In this document: one piece after another, positions 56,212-64,000 of the stretch
Position numbering within the stretch: the stretch's first letter is position 1
Layout: the number at the start of each line of letters is the position of its first letter
IMG/VR virus record: IMGVR_UViG_3300050821_008386
Location: 32,001 to 96,000 of that record
Reading direction: 5' to 3' (one strand)
Origin: a virus
DNA length: 64,000 nucleotides
Notes under the pieces: model-generated
Seen by the model: only the letters and a program-made list of their open reading frames with translations
Database searches by the model: none
What the model was told of the DNA's origin: nothing
Position numbers and translations under genes: made by a program

Positions 56212-57453
56212 TCACAAACTAAATAGGGTCGACGTGCCGGGATAACTGGTCTGCGTCGTAAAATTAAACGAAGGGAAGGACCTCTGATACGCGATCGGGA
56301 TAACGGCATGGGGACGCTCGGGGCGGTACGCGCGTATCATCTGGTATATGTGATATCCGTAGTCTCCCCAGATGTTGCAATCGTTATCGCGTAGCACAAC
56401 GAATTCAAGTTCCCCTTGCGTGAATTGGGCCGGGAAACGCCAGTCGCCAACGCCCAAGTACTGTTCAGGCACTAAGCGTCGGAACGAGTTAGCGAACACG
56501 ATGAAACCGATTTCGTACTGCGCTTGCCGGTAGGCCGGGTTGGCTCGCGACGCGTACCCGTTCGTGACAGGAACCGCGATTTCAGGTTCGATCAGGTTCG
56601 GGATCAATTGCCCGTTCACCGTGGTGAAGGTATTGAACCGTAACGGCTGCTGATCGACGCCTAGTCCAATGCCCAAATAGGGTCCTTCCCAGGTATATCC
56701 CGTGATTGTCTCTTCACCGATGTCGTATCTGCCGGTCGTTAAGTACTGAAAATCCTGATGGATACCGACCTCAGAACGCAGGTAGTTCAACTGCGGTTGC
56801 GACCCGATAAACTTGGCGACAGCGCCGCGCTCGGATTCGAACGGTTCAGCCAAGAGATCTTCGTGCGCCCATGCTACGAGATACTGGAGAAACTCCATGG
56901 TGCACGGAGCGTTCGGGACCGTCGAATCAACGAAGCTGACGTCAATCTGTTGCACGTCACCGTTGATCATCGACTCAAACGTCCGACCCGTGTTGCATTT
57001 GGCTTTTACGCCGGAACGCATCAGGAGGGTCGAACGAACATCGACGTTCGCCAGATACAGGAGTTGCTTCTGCAAACCGTCCTGAACAGCTGCGTACGAG
57101 TTCTGGAACGCGGAACGCATCTGTTTCACACACACTTTTGGTCCGCGACCGCGGAGTGTTCCAAGTTGCGTGACGTACTCAGTGCTTCCCACCTCAGCGA
57201 CCTCACCCAACGTTCCGCAGGTGCTTAGGTCAGCGTCAAATTCAGGCATCACCAAGGATTGACCGAGGATCGGTCGCTCAATGACAACGTTTCTCTGTTG
57301 ATCGGAAATTCCGTTTTCGAAAGTCCCGCCTTCAAGAATGTCGGCATAAGGAGCTCTTCGCATCAGCAAAAGCGTGATGTTTCCAACAAGCCGGTTGATA
57401 TCCCGCGAAGCAAAGTCAACGCTTTGCTGCGGGGTTAACATGCAGTCGCCCAT
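56212..57453 (-). CDS. Major capsid protein (putative)
   Basis: 413 aa, preceded by a long intergenic leader, followed by a strong terminator and heading the structural genes; GGTF..CVK..RP.RP pattern recalls capsids of uncultured podophages. Confidence 0.8.
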   Translation of the reverse strand: MGDCMLTPQQSVDFASRDINRLVGNITLLLMRRAPYADILEGGTFENGISDQQRNVVIERPILGQSLVMPEFDADLSTCGTLGEVAEVGSTEYVTQLGTLRGRGPKVCVKQMRSAFQNSYAAVQDGLQKQLLYLANVDVRSTLLMRSGVKAKCNTGRTFESMINGDVQQIDVSFVDSTVPNAPCTMEFLQYLVAWAHEDLLAEPFESERGAVAKFIGSQPQLNYLRSEVGIHQDFQYLTTGRYDIGEETITGYTWEGPYLGIGLGVDQQPLRFNTFTTVNGQLIPNLIEPEIAVPVTNGYASRANPAYRQAQYEIGFIVFANSFRRLVPEQYLGVGDWRFPAQFTQGELEFVVLRDNDCNIWGDYGYHIYQMIRAYRPERPHAVIPIAYQRSFPSFNFTTQTSYPGTSTLFSL

Positions 57454-57674
57454 ACAGGTAAATAATTAGGTCACGGGTCCTGATGCCCCGAATCGAAAAT
57501 TGGTGGACGACGTCCGGTTCAGGAATTCGGGCGCCGTGTTGTTTGTGTTAAAAGACCGAAACTACCCACCGTTTTTGAGTCCCGTGACCGGACTTACTGA
57601 CCGACTTCTTTTACAGCGCGGTTAGAGAAAGCTGCGTAAGAAATCTCACACGTATTTCTGGCGGCTACAAGGAC

Positions 57675-58346
57675 TTACCAAACTTCGACCCACTTATTCT
57701 GCGTGGCGTAATCGTGAAACCCTTCACAATAGGTTCTCGGATATCGGTGCAGAAAGTTTTTTCCCTGTAAAGGGAAGGTATCAGCCAAAAGGAAAAATGG
57801 TCCATCCATCAGGTGCAGTTCGCGTGCGCCCAGCATGGCGTCCCGATAGCAGAGGATGCTCTTTAAACGGTTGTTTCCCGGTCGGAACACATTGCCTTTC
57901 GGCAACCGGGAATAATCGAGACTGAATCCGCGGGACCGATCGTCATGGACGAAAATGTAATCTTTAGCGTCGACCTGATCTTGTTCCACATGGAACGAGG
58001 CTTCTGGTATCGGTGAGCTCACCCACCTGTGCGCGTATTCCACTCCCATCTTGATGTAGGAACGGTGCAGGAAGTCCAGGCGTTCGATCTGAGGCGCTAT
58101 TACCGCTTGAGCGTTCAATCCATCGACGAACTCTTTTAACTGCGTCTCCTGCCATTCCTGAGTGGTCTGGGGCAGGCCCGTAACTTCGATTTCGGGATAA
58201 GAACGAAAGAAGCTCAAGACGCTGACCATGTTTTTGCCCAGCGTACGGAACCTGACTGGATGCCCCATCTTATGCTTGGCGACAGCGGCTCCTGCCATCC
58301 CGATGCAATCGCCTAACCCGGTTGCCAGTAGATCGAACGTGGTCAC
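57675..58346 (-). CDS. Putative glycosyltransferase (GT-B-like)
   Basis: N-terminal GLGDCI and C-terminal ARELHLMDGPFFLLA resemble GT9-type motifs; last gene of the sugar cluster. Confidence 0.55.
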   Translation of the reverse strand: MTTFDLLATGLGDCIGMAGAAVAKHKMGHPVRFRTLGKNMVSVLSFFRSYPEIEVTGLPQTTQEWQETQLKEFVDGLNAQAVIAPQIERLDFLHRSYIKMGVEYAHRWVSSPIPEASFHVEQDQVDAKDYIFVHDDRSRGFSLDYSRLPKGNVFRPGNNRLKSILCYRDAMLGARELHLMDGPFFLLADTFPLQGKNFLHRYPRTYCEGFHDYATQNKWVEVW

Positions 58347-59200
58347 GCAACCATCTCTTGAGCAAAGGATGCCGCGCCTTTTTCCACCAGTTGTTCGCGC
58401 ACAAAGCGTCTGGCGTCCTGACCGACTTTGCCTTGTACCCCATGATAAAGCGCCGGCGACACTCCGTTCTTGATCAGGTGCGGCATTTCCACTCTCGAAA
58501 TCACGCCGCGTTTGTAATGTTGCAGGATCAAATTGGTGTCTAACCCCACCTTCAGGTACTGCTCTTTATTGCAGAAATCCCAACCCAGATTGGTGGTGAA
58601 CCGGGTTACCCAAGTGTGCCGTTGCCGGATGTCGGGCCGTAAAATCATGTTGCCGTTGATATGCTCGTTGCCCGGTCGGTCGTCCCGATGTCCCATCACC
58701 TCGTACTTCGGCCATCCAGCGTTTTTCCCTTGTTCCGGGTTAGCTTCTTCGTCGTTCCATTCGCCGGCGGCAATCACGCGTTCGTTCCATTCTTTGGTCA
58801 ATGCCGAGATCCAGTCTTTGCGCAACGGTACGCAGTCCGGTTCAAATGTCAGAACACCGTTATACGGGAAGCTCCCCCTGTTTTTCGGCACTTTCTGGTG
58901 TTCGTTCCATTGGCCTTCTGCTTCGGTCAACGCCGAGAGCCAGAGCATATTGGATCCGTACGGATGGCCTTCGGCATCGTTTCGCGCAATGTACCCGATC
59001 GTTTTGAACTTGGTCGATAACGCCTGGACGCAAGCGTTACGCATGTCGATCGGGCATTTCTTGGAGAACACGCACATGAAAAAACAATCAGAACGATAAT
59101 CTTCCTCGATGTCCGCGATCAATTTAGCGAGTTCGACTGCGGCACCGATATCGCCTTTGCCGAACGCGTTTCCGTGCGCCTGTAAACAGAGTGCTAACAT
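58343..59200 (-). CDS. Putative glycosyltransferase (GT-A-like)
   Basis: VLTFEPDCVPL (ExD), HINGN, GWD and LYHGV motifs. Confidence 0.55.
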   Translation of the reverse strand: MLALCLQAHGNAFGKGDIGAAVELAKLIADIEEDYRSDCFFMCVFSKKCPIDMRNACVQALSTKFKTIGYIARNDAEGHPYGSNMLWLSALTEAEGQWNEHQKVPKNRGSFPYNGVLTFEPDCVPLRKDWISALTKEWNERVIAAGEWNDEEANPEQGKNAGWPKYEVMGHRDDRPGNEHINGNMILRPDIRQRHTWVTRFTTNLGWDFCNKEQYLKVGLDTNLILQHYKRGVISRVEMPHLIKNGVSPALYHGVQGKVGQDARRFVREQLVEKGAASFAQEMVA

Positions 59201-59206
59201 AAACTT

Positions 59207-60103
59207 TTAGGGAACGTTTGATGATGGTTCGGGAATGCGTGCGATGACAGCGTCGACCACTGTCGTTACCTCAATCGCGTCCGGGCATTCCACATAATCA
59301 AAACGCGAGTAAAAATGTTCTGCTAACCTCGTGCTGACAATCTTGGTCTGTAAACCGTAATTGTGGATCTCCCACGGACTGGTGCAGGTGAAGAGCGATA
59401 CGGTCGGCACATTGTACCCGATCGCGATATGCATCGGCAAACTGTCCCCGGACAAGACCAGTTTATGCCCCCGGACATCGGCCATATGGGATCGTAACCC
59501 GTTTCGTCTCGGCAAAAAGTTGACCGCATACCCTTTAGCCTCCAGTCGGCGCTTGGTTTCCTTATAGCCACTCCAACGTTTCATTGGCCAAGTCGGTCCC
59601 GCATCAGGACAGATCGCGATATCGCCGTACAACTGCCCCTCTTTGACTTGCGGCATCAGGTACTGTTGATCGACGAACTCTGACCCAAAACATCTGAACA
59701 AGATATCCTGATAACTCCTGCGATTGATGAACTTCAGGTTGTCGGCAGCATTTCGCCCTAACCGACTGATCAGACTCATATCAAACCACGGATCGGCATC
59801 AGGCGTGTAGGTCATCCCGCCGAATTCGCGCGCCCCGAACAGTTGATCGTACTGCATGGTCTGAAGAAAATGCGCAGTGCCGATATCGTCTTCCAGATTG
59901 ATTGCCAGATCGAATTTGTGGTGGCGCACGATCTCTTTATGCATCCATCCCACAGGAGTCAGTTGTTCGGATAAACTTAAAAGCGCGATGTTCTCATCCG
60001 AAGTAATCCACGTCACGTGATCATCTTTAAAAAGCGCGAGCAAAGGCGTGGTCCGAAGCACGTCTCCGGCCGCCCCGAGCTTAATCAGTAAAATCTTCCT
60101 CAC
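59207..60103 (-). CDS. GT9-family glycosyltransferase (ADP-heptose transferase-like)
   Basis: KILLIKLGAAGDVLRTTPLL, WPMKRW and SGDSLPMHIA motifs. Confidence 0.9.
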   Translation of the reverse strand: MRKILLIKLGAAGDVLRTTPLLALFKDDHVTWITSDENIALLSLSEQLTPVGWMHKEIVRHHKFDLAINLEDDIGTAHFLQTMQYDQLFGAREFGGMTYTPDADPWFDMSLISRLGRNAADNLKFINRRSYQDILFRCFGSEFVDQQYLMPQVKEGQLYGDIAICPDAGPTWPMKRWSGYKETKRRLEAKGYAVNFLPRRNGLRSHMADVRGHKLVLSGDSLPMHIAIGYNVPTVSLFTCTSPWEIHNYGLQTKIVSTRLAEHFYSRFDYVECPDAIEVTTVVDAVIARIPEPSSNVP

Positions 60104-61383
60104 TTCAACGCGCTCTCTGTCACGGGTTCGACGGTGGCTTCTTTGATTGTTCTGACGATTCCTTTACCCACTTGAGCACCGTAACTGTACTGATGTTTGC
60201 CGAGTCCCGGCCAGATCACTTTGGGATCGCTGCCCAGACATTCCGAGATGCACGCATGGACATAATCATCGGACTTTGGCGGGACCAGTATGTTGGTCTG
60301 GAAATCGAGCACCGTCTCAGGCCGATCAGTTTCGTACCGGCACGTGATGCAGGGTATCCCCAGAATAGTCGATTCCTCCTGTAACCCGCCGCTGTCAGTG
60401 TAAAGCGCTCGTGTCTCGTATTTGAGGTAGCGAACCACGTCGAGGTAGGAAGCGGTCTGGAGACTGATCTTGACCTCGTGCTTGACCAGATCCTCGATGT
60501 CGTCCTTCTGCCACGCGGTGCCTTTACAGTTCTGCATGCTCCGGGTGATCACGAACTCGATCTCATGCCCGTCATTCGCCAGTCTCTTTAACCCTCCGAA
60601 AACCGCGCTCAACCTTTCATGAGTCAGATTCTCTCTCCGGTGAATATCGACTCTCAGCTTTTTGGATCCTGTAGTGCAGGTGCCCAAATGCGCCTCGGCG
60701 TATTTCACCGCATCAACACTGGGCGAACCCGACTGGTAAATGACCGCATCGAATCCTTCCCTCCAGAGATTACGGACGTTGCGCTCGACCGGCGCGTACA
60801 ACTGTTGACTGGCTACCGTGGCGATCCGGGTGCATAACCCTTCAGGAAACGGTCGTGTAGGCGAGCCGTCCCACGGCATAAAGCGTTGGTGAAGAAAACT
60901 CCTGCCATTGATCCAATCCCATCTGGGCGATTCCGATCGTAACCCGGCTTCGACGTGAACGCTGCGTTGCCCGGTGATCATGTACCAGGCGAACGGTGCC
61001 ACTCCAGCGGTCAGAGTGTCGCCGCAGACGCACAAGAGGGCCTGTCTTGCTCCGAGGACCTTTAAGCGCGCCCAGAGCGAATTGAGCGTCTCGAATAAAG
61101 CTGAGCTTTTCCCAACCAAATCGCCCTGCAAATGCATCGAACCATGGATCAGATCGATGTATTTCAGTTCGTTAGCGCCTTCGGTCAGGAGCGGTTCGTA
61201 ATGCTGACCGCTTTGTAATGCCAGAAACGGGTAATCATCTTCAGCCAATGCCCGGACCAATCCAGAAAACTTGATGTAGCACGCTTTGGTGGCAATCAGA
61301 CAGATCAGAAGGGGATAACCGCTCTTGATCGATTTCTCGATCTGGTGAACGACTTTTTCTTCGTAAAGATTGACCGAGGTCAT
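60100..61383 (-). CDS. wecB: UDP-N-acetylglucosamine 2-epimerase-like protein
   Basis: GQHY, GDT, HVEAGLRS, HRREN, TDSGGLQEE and TDRPET motifs. Confidence 0.88.
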   Translation of the reverse strand: MTSVNLYEEKVVHQIEKSIKSGYPLLICLIATKACYIKFSGLVRALAEDDYPFLALQSGQHYEPLLTEGANELKYIDLIHGSMHLQGDLVGKSSALFETLNSLWARLKVLGARQALLCVCGDTLTAGVAPFAWYMITGQRSVHVEAGLRSESPRWDWINGRSFLHQRFMPWDGSPTRPFPEGLCTRIATVASQQLYAPVERNVRNLWREGFDAVIYQSGSPSVDAVKYAEAHLGTCTTGSKKLRVDIHRRENLTHERLSAVFGGLKRLANDGHEIEFVITRSMQNCKGTAWQKDDIEDLVKHEVKISLQTASYLDVVRYLKYETRALYTDSGGLQEESTILGIPCITCRYETDRPETVLDFQTNILVPPKSDDYVHACISECLGSDPKVIWPGLGKHQYSYGAQVGKGIVRTIKEATVEPVTESALK

Positions 61384-62066
61384 AAACAGATGATGTCGGT
61401 CCTTTCGCTCGACCAGTTGCCGCTGATGAAATGGTGTCGGTACTTGTGTTTATCGAGAAAATCTTTGATATCTTTCGCGGTATGCCCCCGGTGACTGAGC
61501 GTGTGCCGGTTCACTTCGATCACCAGCGTTGGATGATGCACCCGGATAGTTTCCTCGCCGCCTTTCAAAATCTCAGGTTCGCACCCTTCCGCATCGATCT
61601 TGATCAGGCTCAACGGTCGATAAGCCACGATGTCGGACAAGTCTTCGTCTAGTGTCGACATTTTCACAGGAAGATCTTCAGGATGCCCTCGGATATAGGA
61701 ACTCCCGGCATCGTCCCCCGGTTCCATGTGGAGTTGTTCAATCCCGATATGGTCCCCGAGCGCGTAAGGGAAATTGATCGCTTCAGGACAGTTGCGGCAC
61801 AAACATTCGTACAGGACCGGGTGCGGTTCATACGCGACCACCGAACCGTTAAGTCCGACTGCCTGCAGGTATCCGATCGTGTGGTCACCGATGTTTGCTC
61901 CAATATCAACCGCTAACGATCCCGGCGTTATGTGACGCGAGATCAGTTTCACGAACCCGTGGTCGGCGTCCAGTCGACGCTCTCTTTTTACGCTCTCGCT
62001 TAGGCGGTCCCCCTTGCGGACCCACACCCCCTCCGGCGTCATCTCTATCTGGCTCTCGATTTCCAT
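61380..62066 (-). CDS. FkbM-family SAM-dependent methyltransferase
   Basis: VDIGANIGDHT, AYEP, IKIDAEGCE..ILKG and P.LVIE motifs. Confidence 0.93.
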   Translation of the reverse strand: MEIESQIEMTPEGVWVRKGDRLSESVKRERRLDADHGFVKLISRHITPGSLAVDIGANIGDHTIGYLQAVGLNGSVVAYEPHPVLYECLCRNCPEAINFPYALGDHIGIEQLHMEPGDDAGSSYIRGHPEDLPVKMSTLDEDLSDIVAYRPLSLIKIDAEGCEPEILKGGEETIRVHHPTLVIEVNRHTLSHRGHTAKDIKDFLDKHKYRHHFISGNWSSERTDIICL

Positions 62067-62793
62067 TTAAAAGTATTTCCATCCGCGCGCGGGTGACATC
62101 GTTCCAATCATGAATCCGGTGATATTGCCGGACGCGATCATGCCAATGATGCGGCAAGCCTTCTGGCGTAAACATTTCATCGGTATGCCGCCACGTGTAC
62201 AAAGGCCGTTGGAAAACGAACGCGTGAAACCCGAGGATATTGAATTCGGTCCAGGTCGGCGCGTTATGCATCAGGTCTTCGATCCGACACCCGTGCATCT
62301 GCTCAATCCGTTCCCGGCATTCTTTCAAGGTCCCGCGATGATAGGTGAACGGGAAACAGCGCATGAATTCGTGCAGTGGCGTCAAAGCCATCACCTGGCT
62401 AACCAGTAATTTCCATGGCGCATTTAACCGCTCGTATTCGGTGTACCAGATGATCGGTTTACCCTCGATAAACAAGCTCTCCAGAGTGGTCGGCATCGCC
62501 AGCATAGCGTCCGAATCCATGAACGTGATGTACTCGCCGTTACAATAGTTGTCGGCGTGCATCTTCATGTATTGCTGGTGCAGATAGCCTTTGTCGGGCC
62601 ATTGATCCATCGGTGCCAGTTCAATCGGGTGACCGAGTACATCCTGCAATTTCTTCAGCGGTTCAGTGCAATCGTGCGGCGCCGAGATGACAAACTGCGA
62701 TTCGGTTAACCAATTCTTTTTCAGGAACTTGAATGCCCACTCAAGGAATCCCAGATCTTCCAACTGCGTTTTAATGAAGACCGAGGACGTCAT
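61906..62793 (-). CDS. Putative glycosyltransferase (GT-A, DUF6492-like), paralogue B
   Basis: QQYMKM..FMDSD..EFMR..EFNILG; start set at ATG 62793 (ATGA overlap); last about 53 codons overlap the FkbM gene and look aberrant. Confidence 0.7.
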   Translation of the reverse strand: MTSSVFIKTQLEDLGFLEWAFKFLKKNWLTESQFVISAPHDCTEPLKKLQDVLGHPIELAPMDQWPDKGYLHQQYMKMHADNYCNGEYITFMDSDAMLAMPTTLESLFIEGKPIIWYTEYERLNAPWKLLVSQVMALTPLHEFMRCFPFTYHRGTLKECRERIEQMHGCRIEDLMHNAPTWTEFNILGFHAFVFQRPLYTWRHTDEMFTPEGLPHHWHDRVRQYHRIHDWNDVTRARMEILLNGNREPDRDDAGGGVGPQGGPPKRERKKRASTGRRPRVRETDLASHNAGIVSG

Positions 62794-63596
62794 GCGCTCA
62801 ATATCTCCGTGACCTGATGCACCACGCCTTCGATTGACCATTCTGGAGGCGGGATACACTGCAGTTTCCACCGGGCCCGGTATTCCTGCGTGTTCGGATC
62901 CTGACTCCAACTGTGGAATTGTTTGATCAGGTCGGGCCCAGCGTCTTTTGGCAACCTGAACTCGTATTGATCATGCTCGAAATAATGAGCGAATGTTCCC
63001 ATGAAATTAAACTCGCTCATCTGCCCGGAATGATAGCGGGTGAGTAACTCCATCAGAGTCACGCCTGCGCGTGTTTCCATCACTTTGCGCATATCGCGGA
63101 TAGTCGAGGTCCAGAAAAAGAACGGGTGCCGGCGCATGAACTCGTACTGTGGGCGCACCCCTAAAAGTTCTTCTGCTGCGCTCTGATAACCTCTTAAACA
63201 GATCCGGTCAGGCTCGATCGCGTCCTTGAGTATCTCATCGTAATCTTCCATCACCACGATGGGTTTGCCGTTGTGCGCGAAGGATTCTGCGGTCACCGGG
63301 CGGTTGAACAGGCAATCCGAATCAGTGTGTAAGAGCAGCGGCGCTTTAGTGTAAGTGTCGCTCATCATCTTGATGTACTGTTGACCGAGACGACCGTCAG
63401 AGCGTTTGGGTTCGTACCGGACGCTGCATCCCAGTTCCTTGACGACTCTGGGCATCATCTTCTCGCATTCCGGTGTCGCGATGATCAACGGCGCGTAATC
63501 GCTTCGCCAGAACTTCTGCACGCTCCGCAAACAGGCGTTGAGCCAGTTCAGATCGCGTTCCCAAGTCAGGACGCAGAGTTGCGCGTCAAAGGTCAT
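62790..63596 (-). CDS. Putative glycosyltransferase (GT-A, DUF6492-like), paralogue A
   Basis: QQYIKM..HTDSD..EFMRRHP..SEFNFMG..QFHSW; clearly similar to the downstream gene. Confidence 0.75.
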   Translation of the reverse strand: MTFDAQLCVLTWERDLNWLNACLRSVQKFWRSDYAPLIIATPECEKMMPRVVKELGCSVRYEPKRSDGRLGQQYIKMMSDTYTKAPLLLHTDSDCLFNRPVTAESFAHNGKPIVVMEDYDEILKDAIEPDRICLRGYQSAAEELLGVRPQYEFMRRHPFFFWTSTIRDMRKVMETRAGVTLMELLTRYHSGQMSEFNFMGTFAHYFEHDQYEFRLPKDAGPDLIKQFHSWSQDPNTQEYRARWKLQCIPPPEWSIEGVVHQVTEILSA

Positions 63597-63715
63597 TTGC
63601 GAAAACTCCTACACTGCGTGCCTGTCCACTGTATCCTCTTCATCTTGAGTTTTATCAGATCCATCCGAGAGCACAGTTCAGCAACCAGCGCTTTATCATA
63701 GGCGGCGTCGTTCAC
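63593..63715 (-). CDS. Small hypothetical protein, 40 aa
   Basis: GTG start; fills the gap with 4-bp overlaps at both ends. Confidence 0.45.
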   Translation of the reverse strand: MNDAAYDKALVAELCSRMDLIKLKMKRIQWTGTQCRSFRK

Positions 63716-63960
63716 GATATCTCCACCTCGATCTCATACATTTTTTTGCTGCCGCTTTTAAAGGCGTTCCACGCGTCTTCAAATCCTGGCCGGAAATCCC
63801 TGACTCCATGCGCCTGCAACAGTCCGCCGTACCGATGCACCATGGCGTCCCATCCGGCCGCGAAACCTTTCAGCGCCTCGTGGTATTTCGGCGGTTCTTT
63901 TGCCAGCATCGCTTCCACTAATGTCATCGCAGTCCGTTCATGAAATCCGGCCTCCACCAT
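63712..63960 (-). CDS. Hypothetical protein
   Basis: 82-aa ORF on the operon strand with FAAGWDA/FEDAWNA motifs. Confidence 0.55.
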   Translation of the reverse strand: MVEAGFHERTAMTLVEAMLAKEPPKYHEALKGFAAGWDAMVHRYGGLLQAHGVRDFRPGFEDAWNAFKSGSKKMYEIEVEIS

Positions 63961-64000
63961 TTGCTCTTCATTACCTTCGACTCGATCGCGTCACACAACT

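Larger units (their letters stand above)
1..64000. mobile_element. Tailed dsDNA bacteriophage genome segment (virion morphogenesis and lysis region), probably podovirus-like
   Basis: Major capsid-like gene, tail collar fibre, holin plus GH25 endolysin, large internal virion proteins, HNH nuclease, orphan DNA methyltransferase, dense gene packing with ATGA/TAAATG junctions and no host housekeeping genes. No tape measure or sheath gene recognised. Confidence 0.95.

Noticed and set aside
1-64000. Genome-wide stop-codon reassignment suggested by the in-frame TAG at 35083
   Set aside because: TAG ends several well-defined genes (8915, 8918, 29486, 33070) and long ORFs are intact under the standard code.
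1-64000. Host assignment (the capsid and weak Shine-Dalgarno use recall Verrucomicrobia-type phages)
   Set aside because: Only an impression; needs homology or CRISPR-spacer searches that cannot be run here.

Overview
The whole window is part of a tailed dsDNA bacteriophage genome, probably podovirus-like, and covers most of the virion morphogenesis region. No host genes, integrase, tRNA, rRNA or CRISPR array were recognised, and terminase large subunit and portal were not seen. Reading the minus strand from the right end: a sugar-modification cluster (several glycosyltransferase-like genes, UDP-GlcNAc 2-epimerase, FkbM-type methyltransferase); major capsid protein; an opposite-strand HNH endonuclease insert; about 18 kb of Thr/Ser-rich repeat fibre and appendage genes with LamG, FN3, glycoside hydrolase and beta-helix domains; holin and GH25 endolysin; tail adaptor and nozzle; two paralogous tail fibres; and the internal (ejection) virion protein block ending in a 3555-aa polyvalent protein. 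The left end holds plus-strand glycoside hydrolase genes, a family of small paralogous genes, a KTSC protein and a DNA methyltransferase. The standout feature is an intact YcaO + TfuA gene pair, the known enzyme pair for peptide-backbone thioamidation. It sits between internal virion protein genes and is joined by a 4-bp overlap to a Gly-repeat protein with a CFI-box-like C-terminus, which suggests phage-encoded protein thioamidation. Other notable signals are a beta-sandwich domain split across two genes, an FMP-delimited domain cassette in the giant protein, a C-terminal motif shared by five plus-strand proteins, and a tail gene needing an ACG start or amber readthrough. All family assignments come from motif recognition by eye, not database searches.
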